The notes under the pieces were generated by a model. The model was not told where the DNA came from and did no database searches. It saw only the letters and a list, made by a program, of their open reading frames with translations. Positions 39,126 to 52,885 of a DNA stretch of 64,000 nucleotides are shown here, in pieces. The stretch comes from Vicugna vicugna (Eukaryota). Location: the NCBI GenBank assembly GCA_013265495.1, contig MU058198.1, forward strand, positions 6,153,779-6,217,778. Reading direction: 5' to 3'. The position numbers were made by a program, and so were the translations under genes. Every line of letters starts with the position of its first letter. The first letter of the stretch is position 1.

Positions 39126-40049
39126 TGGTCTGACGCACTGGATTTGGGGTCAGACAAAGGGAGGGAGCCGATGCTGCCTCTGATAACTGAGACTCAGAGT
39201 CCACTGGAGGCTGGCTGTTCCCTTTCTCCACATGCAGTGGGGTGGTGATTCTGGCCAAACTGTAGAAGTCCATACATTTATAGTGATGATTACATGCGTG
39301 GAATGAACTCATTTCATCCACAGACAACCCTAGAGGGTAGGGACTATTATGGTCCTCCTTTGATATAAAAGGGAACTAAGGCACAGAGACGTTGAGTAAC
39401 TTGCCCAAGACACACAGCTTTGAAGGCTATTCAACACACAAATCCTGAGCTAACCAGGGGCAAGCGTAGGCAGGGGTGAAATCCCCTGGGTCTTGGGACC
39501 CAGGATTTCCCTGTAGCACTTGTGGATCTTGAAAGCTCAGACCCCCAGATGCCTGACTGCTGGCTTCCTGGATAAAGCAGCCCTTAAGTGGGAAAGAAGA
39601 TTCATTTGAAGGAGGTGGGAGAGGAGGGGGCCTGGGCTGCAGCTCAGCCAGCAATTTCATTGGCATGGGGTATGAGGGCCCCCTGGAGACCCCGCCTCCC
39701 TCCCGTGAACCAGCAAGAGGGGAGAGGGCCCCTGCCCCACCTGCATGTAGGGAAATAGCAGGACGTCTAGCAGGCCCGCCCCTGCCCCCTGCTCCCCTCT
39801 GAGTTCCTATGAAGACAGAAGGGCCCTGCTCTGCCAGCCACCCTGGTGCCGGTTGGTGGGGGTGTGTCTCGGGGCCAGCACTTCCCTCATTCCCTCTGTG
39901 GGCTGGGAGGCTGGATGTGGTGCTCCAGTCTCTCAGCCTCTCCGGCCACCAACCAGAGCCCTGGACCTGGCTCCCTGTTGTTTGGGGGCCAGGCAAGTGA
40001 CATCAGGGAGCAGAGCTGGCCTTCAAGGACCTGGTCAACAGGGCAGCAC

Positions 40050-40240
40050 CAGCCCCTTCTAAGGGCAGCTGCAGCTCAGCACCTAGGGATTTTAAGAGAA
40101 GCCAGGAACCCAGGTGCGTTACTTATTTTTAATGTGAAATCTAACTTTTAAATGTTGGCTCGACTTAAACAAGCAAACACTGAGTGTGCCAAATAAATCC
40201 AAATAAATCTACAAGTCCTACATAGCCAGCCCGCCACCCC
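40050..40240. mobile_element. MER102-like remnant
   Basis: ttttaagagaagccagga...tttttaatgtgaaatctaacttttaaatgttggc. Confidence 0.55.
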
Positions 40241-43200
40241 AGCGCCCACCCCAGCTCAGCATGAACATCCACCCTCTCCCTTCTGGTCCCCCACCCCTGC
40301 CACCCCGAAGGCTGCAGTCCTTGACCTACGGCTCCGTGAATGCCCAGGGTTGGCTCCTCCAAGGAGGTCAAAGAGGGCGCGGGATCATTACTGGACCCTC
40401 AGCCCCGCCCTTCATTCCCCACCCCCAGCTCTCCTGGAGAATAAAGGCTTCCTCTCCATCCCCATCCTGCTTCCCGTTGCCTGCATCCCAGCCCCAGCCG
40501 ATAAGCACGGGGGTGTAAATCAGCCTCAAACTGCAGCTGTTGGGAGTGTGGGGGCTCACTGGCACCCAGGCATGACCCGCTTGGAATGAATCTTGGCCAT
40601 AGCTGACAAGTAGGTTAAGGAAAAGCCAGCACAAGCTCCCAGGAGAACCTCCCCGCAGGCCTCCATCCCCCAGGGGACTTGCCTTCTCTGATCAGCAGTG
40701 GGAAGGACCAGCTTCTGTCTGTCTGTTGGACTCCAGACAGTGCCAGCACTGGCACCACGACGTCAGAAGGACCCAGAGTGTCCCACAGAGCCTGCCAAGG
40801 CTGATTCTGCAGACACACAGGCGGCAGTGGCTCCACACCTGGGCACATTTGCTGAGATGCCCTGGGTCCCTCCCCGGGCCTCACCCGTCATCCTACCTGG
40901 AGCCAGGATGGTCCCTTTCTGAGGCTCCAGGCCCCATCTGGCCTCTGAGCAAAACAGCGGACCACAGTCTGGAGGCTGAGCCTCCTCGGAGTTGGCTGGC
41001 TGCACTGGTCCAGGCGATTCCCTGCTTCTCTGGAAAAAATTAGACAATCTGGCAGCTCTGGGCCCGCATTCCCAGGTGGTCCCCAATGCCAGAGCTGGCC
41101 CCCGAGCCTGGGCAGGAGCTCTCCTCATCACCGCAGTGCCCGCCGGCCCCTTTGGTCTCACACTTGGCCTGCTTCCCTCACTCCCGTGGCCTTCACGGTC
41201 CTACGGGCATCTCAGTTGGCACCCCTGAGACAGAGGCAGATCATTCATGTGGAGGAGCAGGAGGGGACACATGACAGCACTGTGGGGCCCAGCAGGGATG
41301 GGGCTGAAACCCCTGCGATTCCGGCCACAGCCCCCTAGGCAGGCAGAGGGCTCTCCCGGGGCCCTGGGACTTGAGCTTCTGGCATCCAGTCAAGCAACAG
41401 GCCCAGGCCGGAGGCCAGGGAAGGCAGGCGGGGGCTCTGTCCAATGGGTGGTGTATCCCAATGTGTGGTGGGGCTGGTGGTGCAGACAGGTCCCTGGACC
41501 ACTCTGCGGTGTTCACAACACCACTTCCAGGCTCCCAGCCTCTGGGAAACTGCTCCACTCACAGCCCCTGCAGGAGGGGCAGCCTTTGGCAGTGATAATA
41601 AAAATAGTAACAGCCAATACACACTAAGCCTGCACCCAGGCTGTGGGTTTTATCACTGAAGGTGAGGGTACCCTTCTCCCAGCGTGTTGATGATGGGGAG
41701 CACATGCCCTGGGGCCGCCCGGCCAGGGCTCAAGTCCTGGCCCCACTATCTCCTGGCTGTGCAACCTTCTCAAGTGACCTTACACCCTGTGCCTCCTTGG
41801 CTTCCTTACCCAGGCACAGAGTGCCAGTTGTGCCTGCCCCATGGAGTTGCTCCGGGCAACCTTAGAGCATCTCCCAGGAGGGAGGACACACGGGTTAGGT
41901 TCTATGATTGCCCTCATTTTACAGGTGTAAAACCTGAGGCTGTCACAGTAAGAGAGTGACCTGAGGGCCGAGATGGGACCCCAGGCCTGCACAGCTCCCA
42001 GCTGAGGCTCCTCACCAGAGCAACAGGACCCTACCTTCTGCCCAGCCCTTCTGAACTTCCAGACACCCTCCAGCCTCAGCTGTGTGTCCATAGAAGGCAC
42101 TGGCCTTAGAGAGTGATTGATGCCCTCCCTCCCTCGCCTCCTCTCACTAACCCACCCTGCCTGCATCCCCAACCCTGACACCTACCCGCTCACCCTAGAA
42201 GTTCCAGGGAAGGGTCAGGAGGGTCCAAGGAAGGGAGCTTGGCCTCATGCCATGGCACTTCTCCCAGGCAGTGGCCCCTTCTCGCTCCCCCCAGAGTCCC
42301 AGGCTCTCCCTACCGACACACATCCTGGCAGGACGGACAGCTGCCCATCCCCCATCCCTCCCCCAGCTTTTCTAAGACAGAGGCCCGAACAGTGTCAGTC
42401 CAGGAAGAAATGTAGCCGAAGCAGCAATTACCAGGGTAGGTGGGTGGGCCGCGCAGGCACAGGGCAGAGGTCCCACGCTGTGATTTCCTGTCTGCCCAGG
42501 CAGTAAATCCCCAAGCGGAGGAGATTGGTTTTTCGTGACTAATGGTCCCAGCTGGGCTGAGTTTGTCTTCCGCCCCACACTGGGTCCGGCTGCAGGTGCG
42601 CGGTGTAATTTGTTGACTGCCCACAGCCCCTGGGTGAGGGTGAGTGGAGTTAACCTCCAGGCCTCCCAGGCTGTGTGCTCTGGGGCCATGGCTCCTATGG
42701 TTTGGAGACGGGAGCTTTTCTAAGCCATCCACTCAGAGGACGCCTTTTCCTGACCTCCACCAAGGCCCCTGGAGCCTACAGCATCCCTGCCTACACAGCG
42801 TCAAAGCCCAAATGGGAGCCTCAGAGAAAGGCTAGCCCAGCCCAGGTCCCCCTCACCCCCTCATTCCCTCACCATCTCCCGCCAGGAAATGTAGCAGCCC
42901 CTCACTGGTCACCCTGCCTCTGCCCTGGACCCCAACTCCCAGCCTGAGTGAGCTTCAGCACAGAGCTGATGGTATCCACGTCTTAAAACCCTCCTGTCAG
43001 CAGTTCCCTGTGGCCTTCCAGGTGAACGGCATACTTACCTAACCCACAAGGGCTCCCACACTCTGACCCCAGATGCCTGCTTGGCAGCAGCCCTCATACC
43101 CCAACCTGGAGCACCAGGTACTTAGTCCTGTCCCAGCACCGCAAACAACCACAAGGCATTCCTGTCAACCCCAGGGCCTTTGCACATGACATGACTTCTG

Positions 43201-43953
43201 CCCACACCACCTCACCGCCTCCTTCCTCATCCCTTGGTCCCTGCTGCAATGGTCCTTCTTCTGAGAGGTCCACTCATCCAGTTTCAATCTGGTCTTTCCT
43301 TCGTTCGCTTACACAGTGCTTCTCACAATCTAAACTGATATTTTTGTTAGAATTATTTGAGTCGTCTGTCTCCTCACTGGAATATATTCTCAATGAGGAT
43401 GATGTCAGTGTCTTTCTGATTCACCATGGCAGCTCCAGTGCACGCCCAGCGCCTGGCACACAGAAGCCCCTCAGGAAATAGTTCTCAGATGAACAAGGCC
43501 CGGCAAGGGTCCACAGTGGTCTTGGGATTTGAACCAACTCTGCAGTCCCAGGGCCTTTCCTCAATCCTCACTTCCTCCCAAACAAAGGGTCAGCACCGTG
43601 GCAACAGCAGTTCTTCCCAAAGATGAGCCTCCCAGGGTGTCTTGTCCTCAGGCCTGGCTGCCACGGTCGAACGGCCATGAATCAAGCTGACGCTTCCATT
43701 ACCCGAGGGAGTGTGTGGCCAGGATGGGTTGGCTTTGGTGGGGGCAGCGGGGAGGACGGCTCATCACAGCCACCAGCCGAAGAGGGATGTCAGCCCAAGT
43801 CAGCCCGGTGACTTCCTAAGGCCTGGACCCACCCTTAGCCCTCAGCCAAGGCAAGGACCATGACCCACAAGGGCACCTGGGGAGAAAGGGGGTGACGTGA
43901 GCAAACAAAAGGGCAGAGCCACATTTCAGGGCACCAGGCATGTGCAGACACAG

Positions 43954-44195
43954 GTCCAGGGCCAGCGGGAGCACACAGGCGTGGATGGGTGCCGAGGACA
44001 CGCGGTCAGCACGCGTGCACCTACACACTGCTAACCCAAACTTGTACAGCATCGAGGCTGGCGTGTGCACGCATGTCCAGGGCCAGCGGGAGCACACAGG
44101 CGTGGATGGGTGCTGAGGACACGCGGTCAGCACGCGTGCACCTACACACTGCTAACCCAAGCTTGTACAGCATCGAGGCTGGCGTGTGCACGCAG
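43954..44195. repeat. Tandem duplication, 2 x 121 bp
   Basis: Copies start at 43954 and 44075; three differences seen by eye. Confidence 0.93.
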
Positions 44196-46279
44196 GCCCT
44201 GGGTGTGTGGATACAGGGATGCTGGGTGTGAGTGTCCAGGGTAGAACAGGCTGCGTAACAACTACTCTGGGCTGTGTGTCAGGCCAATGCATAGGGGTCA
44301 AGGCCAACAGCCATTCCAGTCAGTGGTCAGAACATGTCTGCTCAGAGCAGGGGATGGAGCTGTTTGCAGGGGCTGAAGGAGGGGACCTTTGCCTCCCCAT
44401 CCAAGCCTCTGTGTGCTCACCCAGGTGCCCCCTGCTATCAAACCAGGTGATCCTCCTCCTCCCAGGTTCAGGCAGACAGTGGCATCTGCTTCCTGAATGA
44501 AGACAACCCTTCCAGTGACTCTCAGTGGGGATCCATTGGGCCTGCCTGAAAGTACTTCCTTTTATCTAACCAGCAGCCTTCTTGCTGCAGCCTCCGTGAG
44601 ACCAAAAGACGGCTACTTCTCACCCCCTGCCCATCAGATGCCCAGGAGAGGACAGGAGGACTTGAAACCTGAGTGGTCCCGTGGGCTTCCTACCTCCTCC
44701 CTGTCCCTCCCTGTCCTGTGCATAGGGTAAAAATGGCCCTTGCTTGAGCCGTCCGCATACCGTAATCACAGACCACTTCACAATTATTTATTTAATATTT
44801 TTCTTTAAGCCAACCCTTTTTCTTTTAACTTAAATGCCTATTTTGGTTTTATCCTAAGCAATAATGCCTGTGAAATCATGGCACTGATGGGCCCATTATA
44901 CATTTTTTTCCTAATACACATTTACATAAACACAACTATTAAAATAGATTAAAATTTTGCCCGTGTGTATCTCTTGGACCTCTGTGGTCCACTTGTGACT
45001 TTCAGAAGGATCCTAGGTGAGAAGAAAGAGCTCCCAGACGCCCCGGGCCAGGTTCCTATAGGACACGTCTCTGCCCAGCCTCATGTCTCTGTTGGTTTCT
45101 TCTTGCCCAGAGGCCAAAGCCTGACCTCTTTGTCCTGATGTTCCAAGCCTCTTTATTTGCGCCCCAGTCTCTCTGCCAGGCCGAGTCCCGCTCCACACAG
45201 CAGGTCTGCAGTATTTACTGAATGAATGGAAAATGGATGAACGAATCACTGCTTTATTAACAGATGCATGAATGAACGAATGAACACATACCTCTACCTG
45301 GGTATCCCCCGGGGATCTGAGACTCCAGACATTTGAACCCCTTCCTTCAGGCCCCAGCCTACAACCTGAGGGTCATCGCTAGCTTTTCTCTCGTCCCACA
45401 CCAGCCTGTTTTCCCTCCTGCATCTGCCCTCACTGTCCCACCCCAGGGCCACTGTGCTGAAGCAGCCCACCCTCTTCTCTCCCTTCAAGTGTGGTGAGAA
45501 CGAGGAGGGGAGCCGTCCCCCTGCATCTGTTCTCAGCCCAGAGCTGCAAGGACCTTCCTGGAATACATAGCTGGGTGAGTCTCTGCTGAAAGCAGCCCTG
45601 GTTGCCACCAGCCCCGGGATGAAGTCTACGCTTCCCAAGGAAGCTTCAAGTCCCTCTGGCTCCGCCACCTCGGCGGCCTGACTTCTCACCACCCCCTGCT
45701 GCCCTCCCTTCTCTCCACACCTGCCATCTAGACCATTTTAAATTCCTCAAATGGTCCCAACTTTCTTCCCCTCTACCCTCTTGCCTGCCTGACATCTAGA
45801 CAACCTTTCTGTCTTGGCTTAAATGTCATTTTTCCCAAAGGAGCCTCCTATGACCCACCCTACAAAGCAAGCGCTGCTTTTGGGCTTCCACAGCCCGCCC
45901 ACCTCCCCTCACTGAGGTGACAGCAAACACTGACAGGGCTTTCTGTTCCCAATGCTTCGCATACATTAGCCTGTTCAACCCTCAGAACGGCTGTAAGAGG
46001 CAGGTGTACTGACGATCCCCACGCGCCCATGGGGGTGAGGCACAGAGAGGTCAGGGAACTTGCCCGACTCTCAAGTAGAGAAGCCAGAATCTGACCCCAG
46101 GCCGCCTGGCCCCAGAGTACTTCGCACGTTCTACTATCATCGTCTGTCTAGTTACGCGTCCTGCCCACCTGAGAGCTCTGAGAGGACAGGCACCCCCTCT
46201 GGAGGGTTCAGTATCCCGTCTCGAGGGCCTACCACAGTGCTCGGCACATAGTAGGGGCACACTGAGTTATACCGTCGGA

Positions 46280-46480
46280 TAGATGGGGGCACAGATGGAT
46301 GGCTGAATAATGAGGATGGGTGATGCATGAAAGGATCCGAATGGGTGTCTGATACAAGGAAGGATAATGACTGATGGGTGGATGATGGAATATGGATGAT
46401 GGAAGGATGGATGATGGATAGATGAGCGAATGGATGATGGATGGGTGATGGATGGATGAATGGATGGATGATGGATGGTG
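46280..46480. repeat. Degenerate (GGAT/GATG)n repeat
   Basis: gatggatggatgaatggatggatgatggatgg. Confidence 0.85.
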
Positions 46481-47519
46481 TGTTTATGGAAAAAATGAAG
46501 GACATTCTCTACTTGGGGGAAAACTCTAGAAATCCCTCTGGGAAAGGATAAGGCTTCTTAGAGTCAGAGGTCCTGGTTCAAACCCCCAACTCTGCCTGCT
46601 GCTAGCTCTGTGATCTCGGGTAAGTTCCTTCATCTCTCTGACCCTAAGTTCCTTCATCTTCATGATAGTAATCTGTTTCCCCAGGCATCTAAGCCCTAAG
46701 ATTTGATATAAATGTGGCTCTAGGGTAAAGGGTCCCCACGGGGTCTGGGTGGCTTAGGGCCTGGGTTTGAGGACCTGTCTCTTGCCTGCCTGGGCCCCCA
46801 CCTTGTCCGCCCTCTGGAAGTCAAGGCAGCTTGTCAGCCAGGCTCTATCTTGACCCAGCCCGTCCCCAGACACAGCCTCGGCTCCAGGTTCCCTCCATCC
46901 CCCCTCCTGGACTTCAGTGTCTGGCCTTGAGCCCTGCACACTCTGAGCTGTCTCACCTGCAGGCTCCTTGAGGACCTGGTATGGGGGGGCCATGAGGAGG
47001 AAGCCACAGCCCAGAGAGCAACTGGCCTCTACACACAGCAAGAAAACAGGTTCAACAAGCATTTATTGCGCCCCTGCTGTGTGCCTGCTGTGTGACCCCC
47101 TGCAGGAAGCCCCGCCCATTCCCCCGCCCCTGCCCCCCACAGGGCTCTGCAGGCTGGGGACCTCCTGAACTTTCTGGCTGGCTCATGGGTCCCAGGCTTT
47201 CAGCGGCTGATGTCCATGTCTTCCCCCTGCATCCCAGCTGCACCCAGCAGGGTTTTGCATGTGACGGTGGCAGGAGTTAGGAGTTGCTGTCCCAAAGTCA
47301 CACTGTGCAGCCCTGTGCGATCCCTCGGGCCACCCTGGCCCCAATTCCAGGACCCTGAGACTCAGGCAGCGATGGGCAGGGCAGGCCACGTGTCTCCCAC
47401 GCAGGCTGGCTGAGTTCACAGCACACAGGCCGGGTTTCTGAAGACACCAGACCAGTGGTCTTGTGGCAGGGGGCTGGTGCCGATGACGGCTTGGGGTCTG
47501 GAGTCAGGCTGGGTCACTA

Positions 47520-48390
<871 letters not shown>

Positions 48391-50481
48391 CGTCAAGCTT
48401 CCCTGGACTCCATCGTGTGCCCCGACTTGCTCAAGGAGCTGGGGAAGGGTTAGCTGCAGAAGTGTCGACAACTCCTTATGTAACCTTATGTAACCCCAGG
48501 CCAGCAAGCGAATGTGCGGACTGCAGACGTCCCAAAGTTGCCCCTGAGCAGCTCGCGGGGCCGAGGCAGGGGGCAGACTCTACCGGGCCTTCTGCTCTTG
48601 ACAGCCTGAGCACGCGGAGGGGCTGGGAGGCTCGGCTGATGCAACGTGCTCCCTCTTTTGTGTTTTTCTTGATTCTCAGAAGTTTGTTCCCCTGCCTTCA
48701 CCCAAGTGCCTCTTTTGTGTCTTTCTAACATGCCAACCCCACTGCCATCTCCAAGCTGGGACCTGCCTAAAATGTCCTTCTACCTACTGTCCCACTGAAC
48801 CCTCAAAGCCCAGCTCAGGCCACCCCTCCCCCAGCTCAGCTCAGGTTCCCCCTCCTACAGGAAGGCCCTCGGGCACCCTCCTCCTAGCCCTCAGAGGTCT
48901 CCCTATCTTGGAACACCGACCTCGAGTGGTGTTCCACCCCCATTAGACCGTGAGCCCACCCCTTGGAGAATGTCCCACGGCAGCTATGGAGCCGGAAAGA
49001 TGAGAACAAAGGGGCCCCAGGGAGGAGAGACTAGCTGGCATGGCGGACAGGACGGGCATGAAGGGGGAGGGAGAAAACTAACGGTGACAAAGCGCTTAGT
49101 CTCCACACCCTATGAGGTTCTGTCCTCGAAAGCCTGAGGGAGCTACCACCCATTTTACAGCTGAGGAAACTGAGACTCAGCCAGGAGAAGCAGCTGCTTT
49201 AGGATTCACAGCTCCAGTGCCACTGGGTTGAGTTCATTTTTCCCTGATTCCAAACATCAGCATTAAAAGAAATTTGTTCTGTGTGGTTTTGTTTCTCACT
49301 CCCGGCTCTGAAGGATGCTCAGACATACTTGTCATCCTTTAGGGTCCAACATCCTTCAAGAGCAAGCCCCTTGAGGTGGGAATTCCTGCTGAAGCCAAAC
49401 TCCTGCTTGCATCCCTCCAAGGACAGACAGCTCATTAGTCTTCCTCCACCCCAAAAGCAGCTCTGACTGTTAGGAGATTCTTCCTCATAACAAAGAGTGG
49501 AAGGGAACAGGCAAAGATGAGGATGGTTGTGCCAATGGTGGGAGTATGCACACGTGATTTTTTTTGGCTTTGGCTTTTCTTTATTTTTAATATTTTTTAA
49601 TGTTAGCGCTTTACTAATTTTACTATATTTTTAAAAAGGGGTGGGAAACATTTGGCAAACATTCTGGAATCATTTGGACTCAGGAAAAACATTTGTTTTG
49701 GCCCCAGTCACTGAAACAGTTGCATTCTTTGGAAGTGCTTGCTGCCAAGATATAGGTGTTGGCATTTTTTTTTTTAATCTAAAAGCAAATATTTGGTGCA
49801 CGGGAAGCCTTGATTGTTTTTCTAAATGAGTATTTAGAAATGACTGTAGCTGCTCTTACCGTTGCCAACAGTCAGAACCTTGGAGAGTTCAGAGGAACAG
49901 AGAGAAAATGATCATGTATTTTTAAGGAAAAAGAGGAGCCGTGATACTTACCCTTCTTTGAGTCAAAATCCGGTTCTTTGTCCCCTGGATCCAGAGACCA
50001 GTTCACTAACCACTGGGAATGGCTTGGGGCCAAGAGCATTTACAGTAGTGGGAGCTGTTCTCAGCATGCACCCCATCACCCCAAGACTCCCTACTCATTT
50101 TCCTTCTCCTGGTTGCTTTACTTTGGGTCTGGTCACCAGTCAGGGGGAAAAAAAAAAGGCCTCATGCTATAGATCATTACAGATCACGGAATCCTACCTC
50201 AAAATGCCCCCTGGGCCCAAGCAAATGACAAAAAATGGGTGAAGCGGCCAGAAGCAGCCTTTCCCCCAGCTCTTGCCAACTGTCTGAAACTGATTCTGAA
50301 ACTGAAAACTGGAATTTCAAAATCAAATCTCCTGGCTTTTAAATGATAACAACTAAGGCTTTTAAAAACATTTAAAACCATCTGTGGGCCAAGCAGCTTC
50401 TCTCAGGCTAGACCCAGCCCGCGGGAGGCCACTTCTGACTTCTGACTGCTTTCCGGCCTGCGTCTCTGTCCCTCGGCTCCA

Positions 50482-50547
50482 TTCTCCATGGCTTCACACA
50501 TTGTGGCCCCTCTGTTCTCCGTGGCTTTGCACATTGTGGTCCCTCAG
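50482..50547. repeat. Diverged tandem duplication, 2 x 33 bp
   Basis: ttctccatggcttcacacattgtggcccctctg / ttctccgtggctttgcacattgtggtccctcag. Confidence 0.8.
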
Positions 50548-51589
50548 TTAGAGTGTCCTTCCCTGCTGTCCTCTGGCTGTGAGTCTCCCCACTTCTCATT
50601 TGATTACTTTTTTTTTTTGCCAAACGGAGGCAGGGAGCAGGTCATTTCAGGCAGAAGGAACAGGGTGTGAAATAGGTTCTTGGCAGGTAAATGGGGTTCT
50701 CAGGAGGTGTGAAAAACCTAGCCACGTTGGTGGCTGCAGGAAAGCAGGATAGTCCGTGTGGCTGGAGAGCAGGGCACACGGGGCTGGAGGAGTGGGGAGT
50801 GGAGGGCTGCAGGTGCAGAAGGTGCAAGGTGCCAGGTGCCAGGTGTAAGAGGATTCATCCTGCACCTGGGGTTTCTGCCGCATCATCAGACCCACCTGAG
50901 GCTGATTCCCGCCCCGCCTGTCCCAAACCAAGGAATCGGAAGCTCCGGGGAAATCTGTATTTTAATACCTGCCCCCCAAGTGTTACTTAGGCTCAAGGGT
51001 GATTGGAAGAGCACTGCCTTGGGCAAAAATGGGCATAAAGAATGATGACACAGGTTGAGCTTGGAGTCACCCAGGCTTGTGACCCAAGAAAAATGATTTT
51101 GATGTTTGGAACTCCAAGGAACTTCACCTGTAAAATGGAAATAGCCCTCAGAGCCACCACCCTGTGAGGACTAAGGGAGCTCCACCATTCATGGAGCCGT
51201 ACTGATGACCGACTGACCGACTCCGCTAGGCACGGGGGCTGCCACCTGAACTTACTGTCCTTGTGACATCCCCACTCCAGTGGGGAGAGAGTTAGCAACG
51301 GAGGGTTCCCAGAGTGATGCGTCACTGAAAGAAAAATGAAGCAGGGACAGGATGGTGCGAGAAGGCCCCCTTGGGAATGTCCAAAAGGCGTCGGCACAAG
51401 AACTGACAGCCAGGTGGGCTGGGGCTGGGAGGGGCTGGAGAAGACATGATCAAGTCTGTGTCCTAGGACAATGGACTGGAATGGGGGTCAGCCCCAGAAA
51501 CAGCAATTTCCACCCAGAAGCCGCTGAATAGCCCAAGCAGGTGACAAAATGCAGACTAGCTCCTGGCAGCAGCCCAGGGCCAAGGACCA

Positions 51590-51740
51590 CTCAGAATTTG
51601 GTCTGTGGAGCAGCAGAAGCAGCATCACGGAAAATGCAGAGTCCCAGGTTCCGTCCCCCGACCTCCACTGGCAGAAACTGAGGGGTGGGGCCGGGCAACG
51701 CATATTTTAAGGAGCCCTCCAGAGGATTCTGATGCTGATG
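51590..51740. mobile_element. MER5A-like hAT remnant
   Basis: cagcatcac...aaatgcagagtcccagg...ccgacct...gaaactgaggggtggggcc...tttaaggagccctccag...attctgatgc. Confidence 0.65.
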
Positions 51741-52429
51741 CTGTCCTGGATCTCTCTGCCCTCAGTGCCAGGGCGTCAGATACCTCCAAATTGCATGGCC
51801 GTCTGTTTGCCCAGGCAGTTGGCATTGGTATTTATTTCAGAAATATTGTCTGTTTCCTTTTTAATAAAGGAAGCAGACTCAAGCAGTACTATATTGGATT
51901 TGATTTTGATCTAATAAAAGTGCCAAGTTGCTGTGAGCCCAGAAAAGTCTTCCTTGAAATTCCCTCTGCTATTTTGAGGGCAGTAGCGGCAAAGACTCGT
52001 CTAGATGGAGCTCCCAGAAGCCACCTCTGTATCCAGCGAGTGACAGCCTCTCACCCGGCCCAGCCTGACAGCTACACCTGGCAAAATCAAAAGCTTGTCT
52101 CGGGCATTGAACTTGACAGCTGCAATCAGCTGCAAACCCCAGTTGCCCCTAAAAGGAAGATGCAGACACCTGGACCATATGGCAGTATCGCTTCCATCAA
52201 ATGTCACATCTGACGTGCTCCCAAGCTAGCTGGTGGCATGGCAAAACCTCTAAGGCAGGTTTCAAAAGAAAACTCTCCTCAGGAAAAAAAAAATTGTGGC
52301 AGAATCCATATCACAGTAGCCCAAGAGAAAATAGCAGCTTTTGGAGTGGTTAAGATAATCCAAAAGTTCATATACCTGTTTATGTAAAAGTGGCTTCTCA
52401 GGTGGGATATGGTAGAAAATGAGCAGTTT

Positions 52430-52885
52430 AGAGCATCAGTTGAGCACCTACTGGGTGCCACACACTACTCTAGACTCTCAGGATACAGGTGTGAGCAAAA
52501 GAAGACAGGGTGCCTATTCTCACGGAATGCAGCAGAGAGAGGCAACACAACAAAAACCAGGTACCTAAGTATAAAAGGTAATTCCAGAGAGGGACAGATG
52601 CTTTGAAGGGAAAAAAAAAAAGAAAAAGAAAAAACCATGGTGATATGAAGGTGACTGGGAAGCTGGTGCAAGTCAGCGGGGCTTCTCTGAGAAAGTTGTC
52701 CTCTGCTGAGATGAAAGATGAGTCCAAGCCAGCTATGCAAAGATTAAGAGGGAGAGCATTTCGGGCAGAAAGGATAGCAGGTGCAAAGGTCCTGTGGGAG
52801 GAATGAGTTATGCATGTTCAAGGAAGAGAAAGACCAGGGTGGCTGGAGCAGAATGAGAGAGAGGAGAGTGGGAGGAGACGGGGTG
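52430..52885 (-). mobile_element. L2 LINE 3' remnant
   Basis: ttgagcacctactgggtgcca...gcagaaaggatagcaggtgcaaaggtcctg...ggctggagcaga. Confidence 0.65.

Noticed and set aside
43954..44195. CRISPR-like or other repeat-spacer array
   Set aside because: Only two head-to-tail copies with no spacers, in a mammalian context
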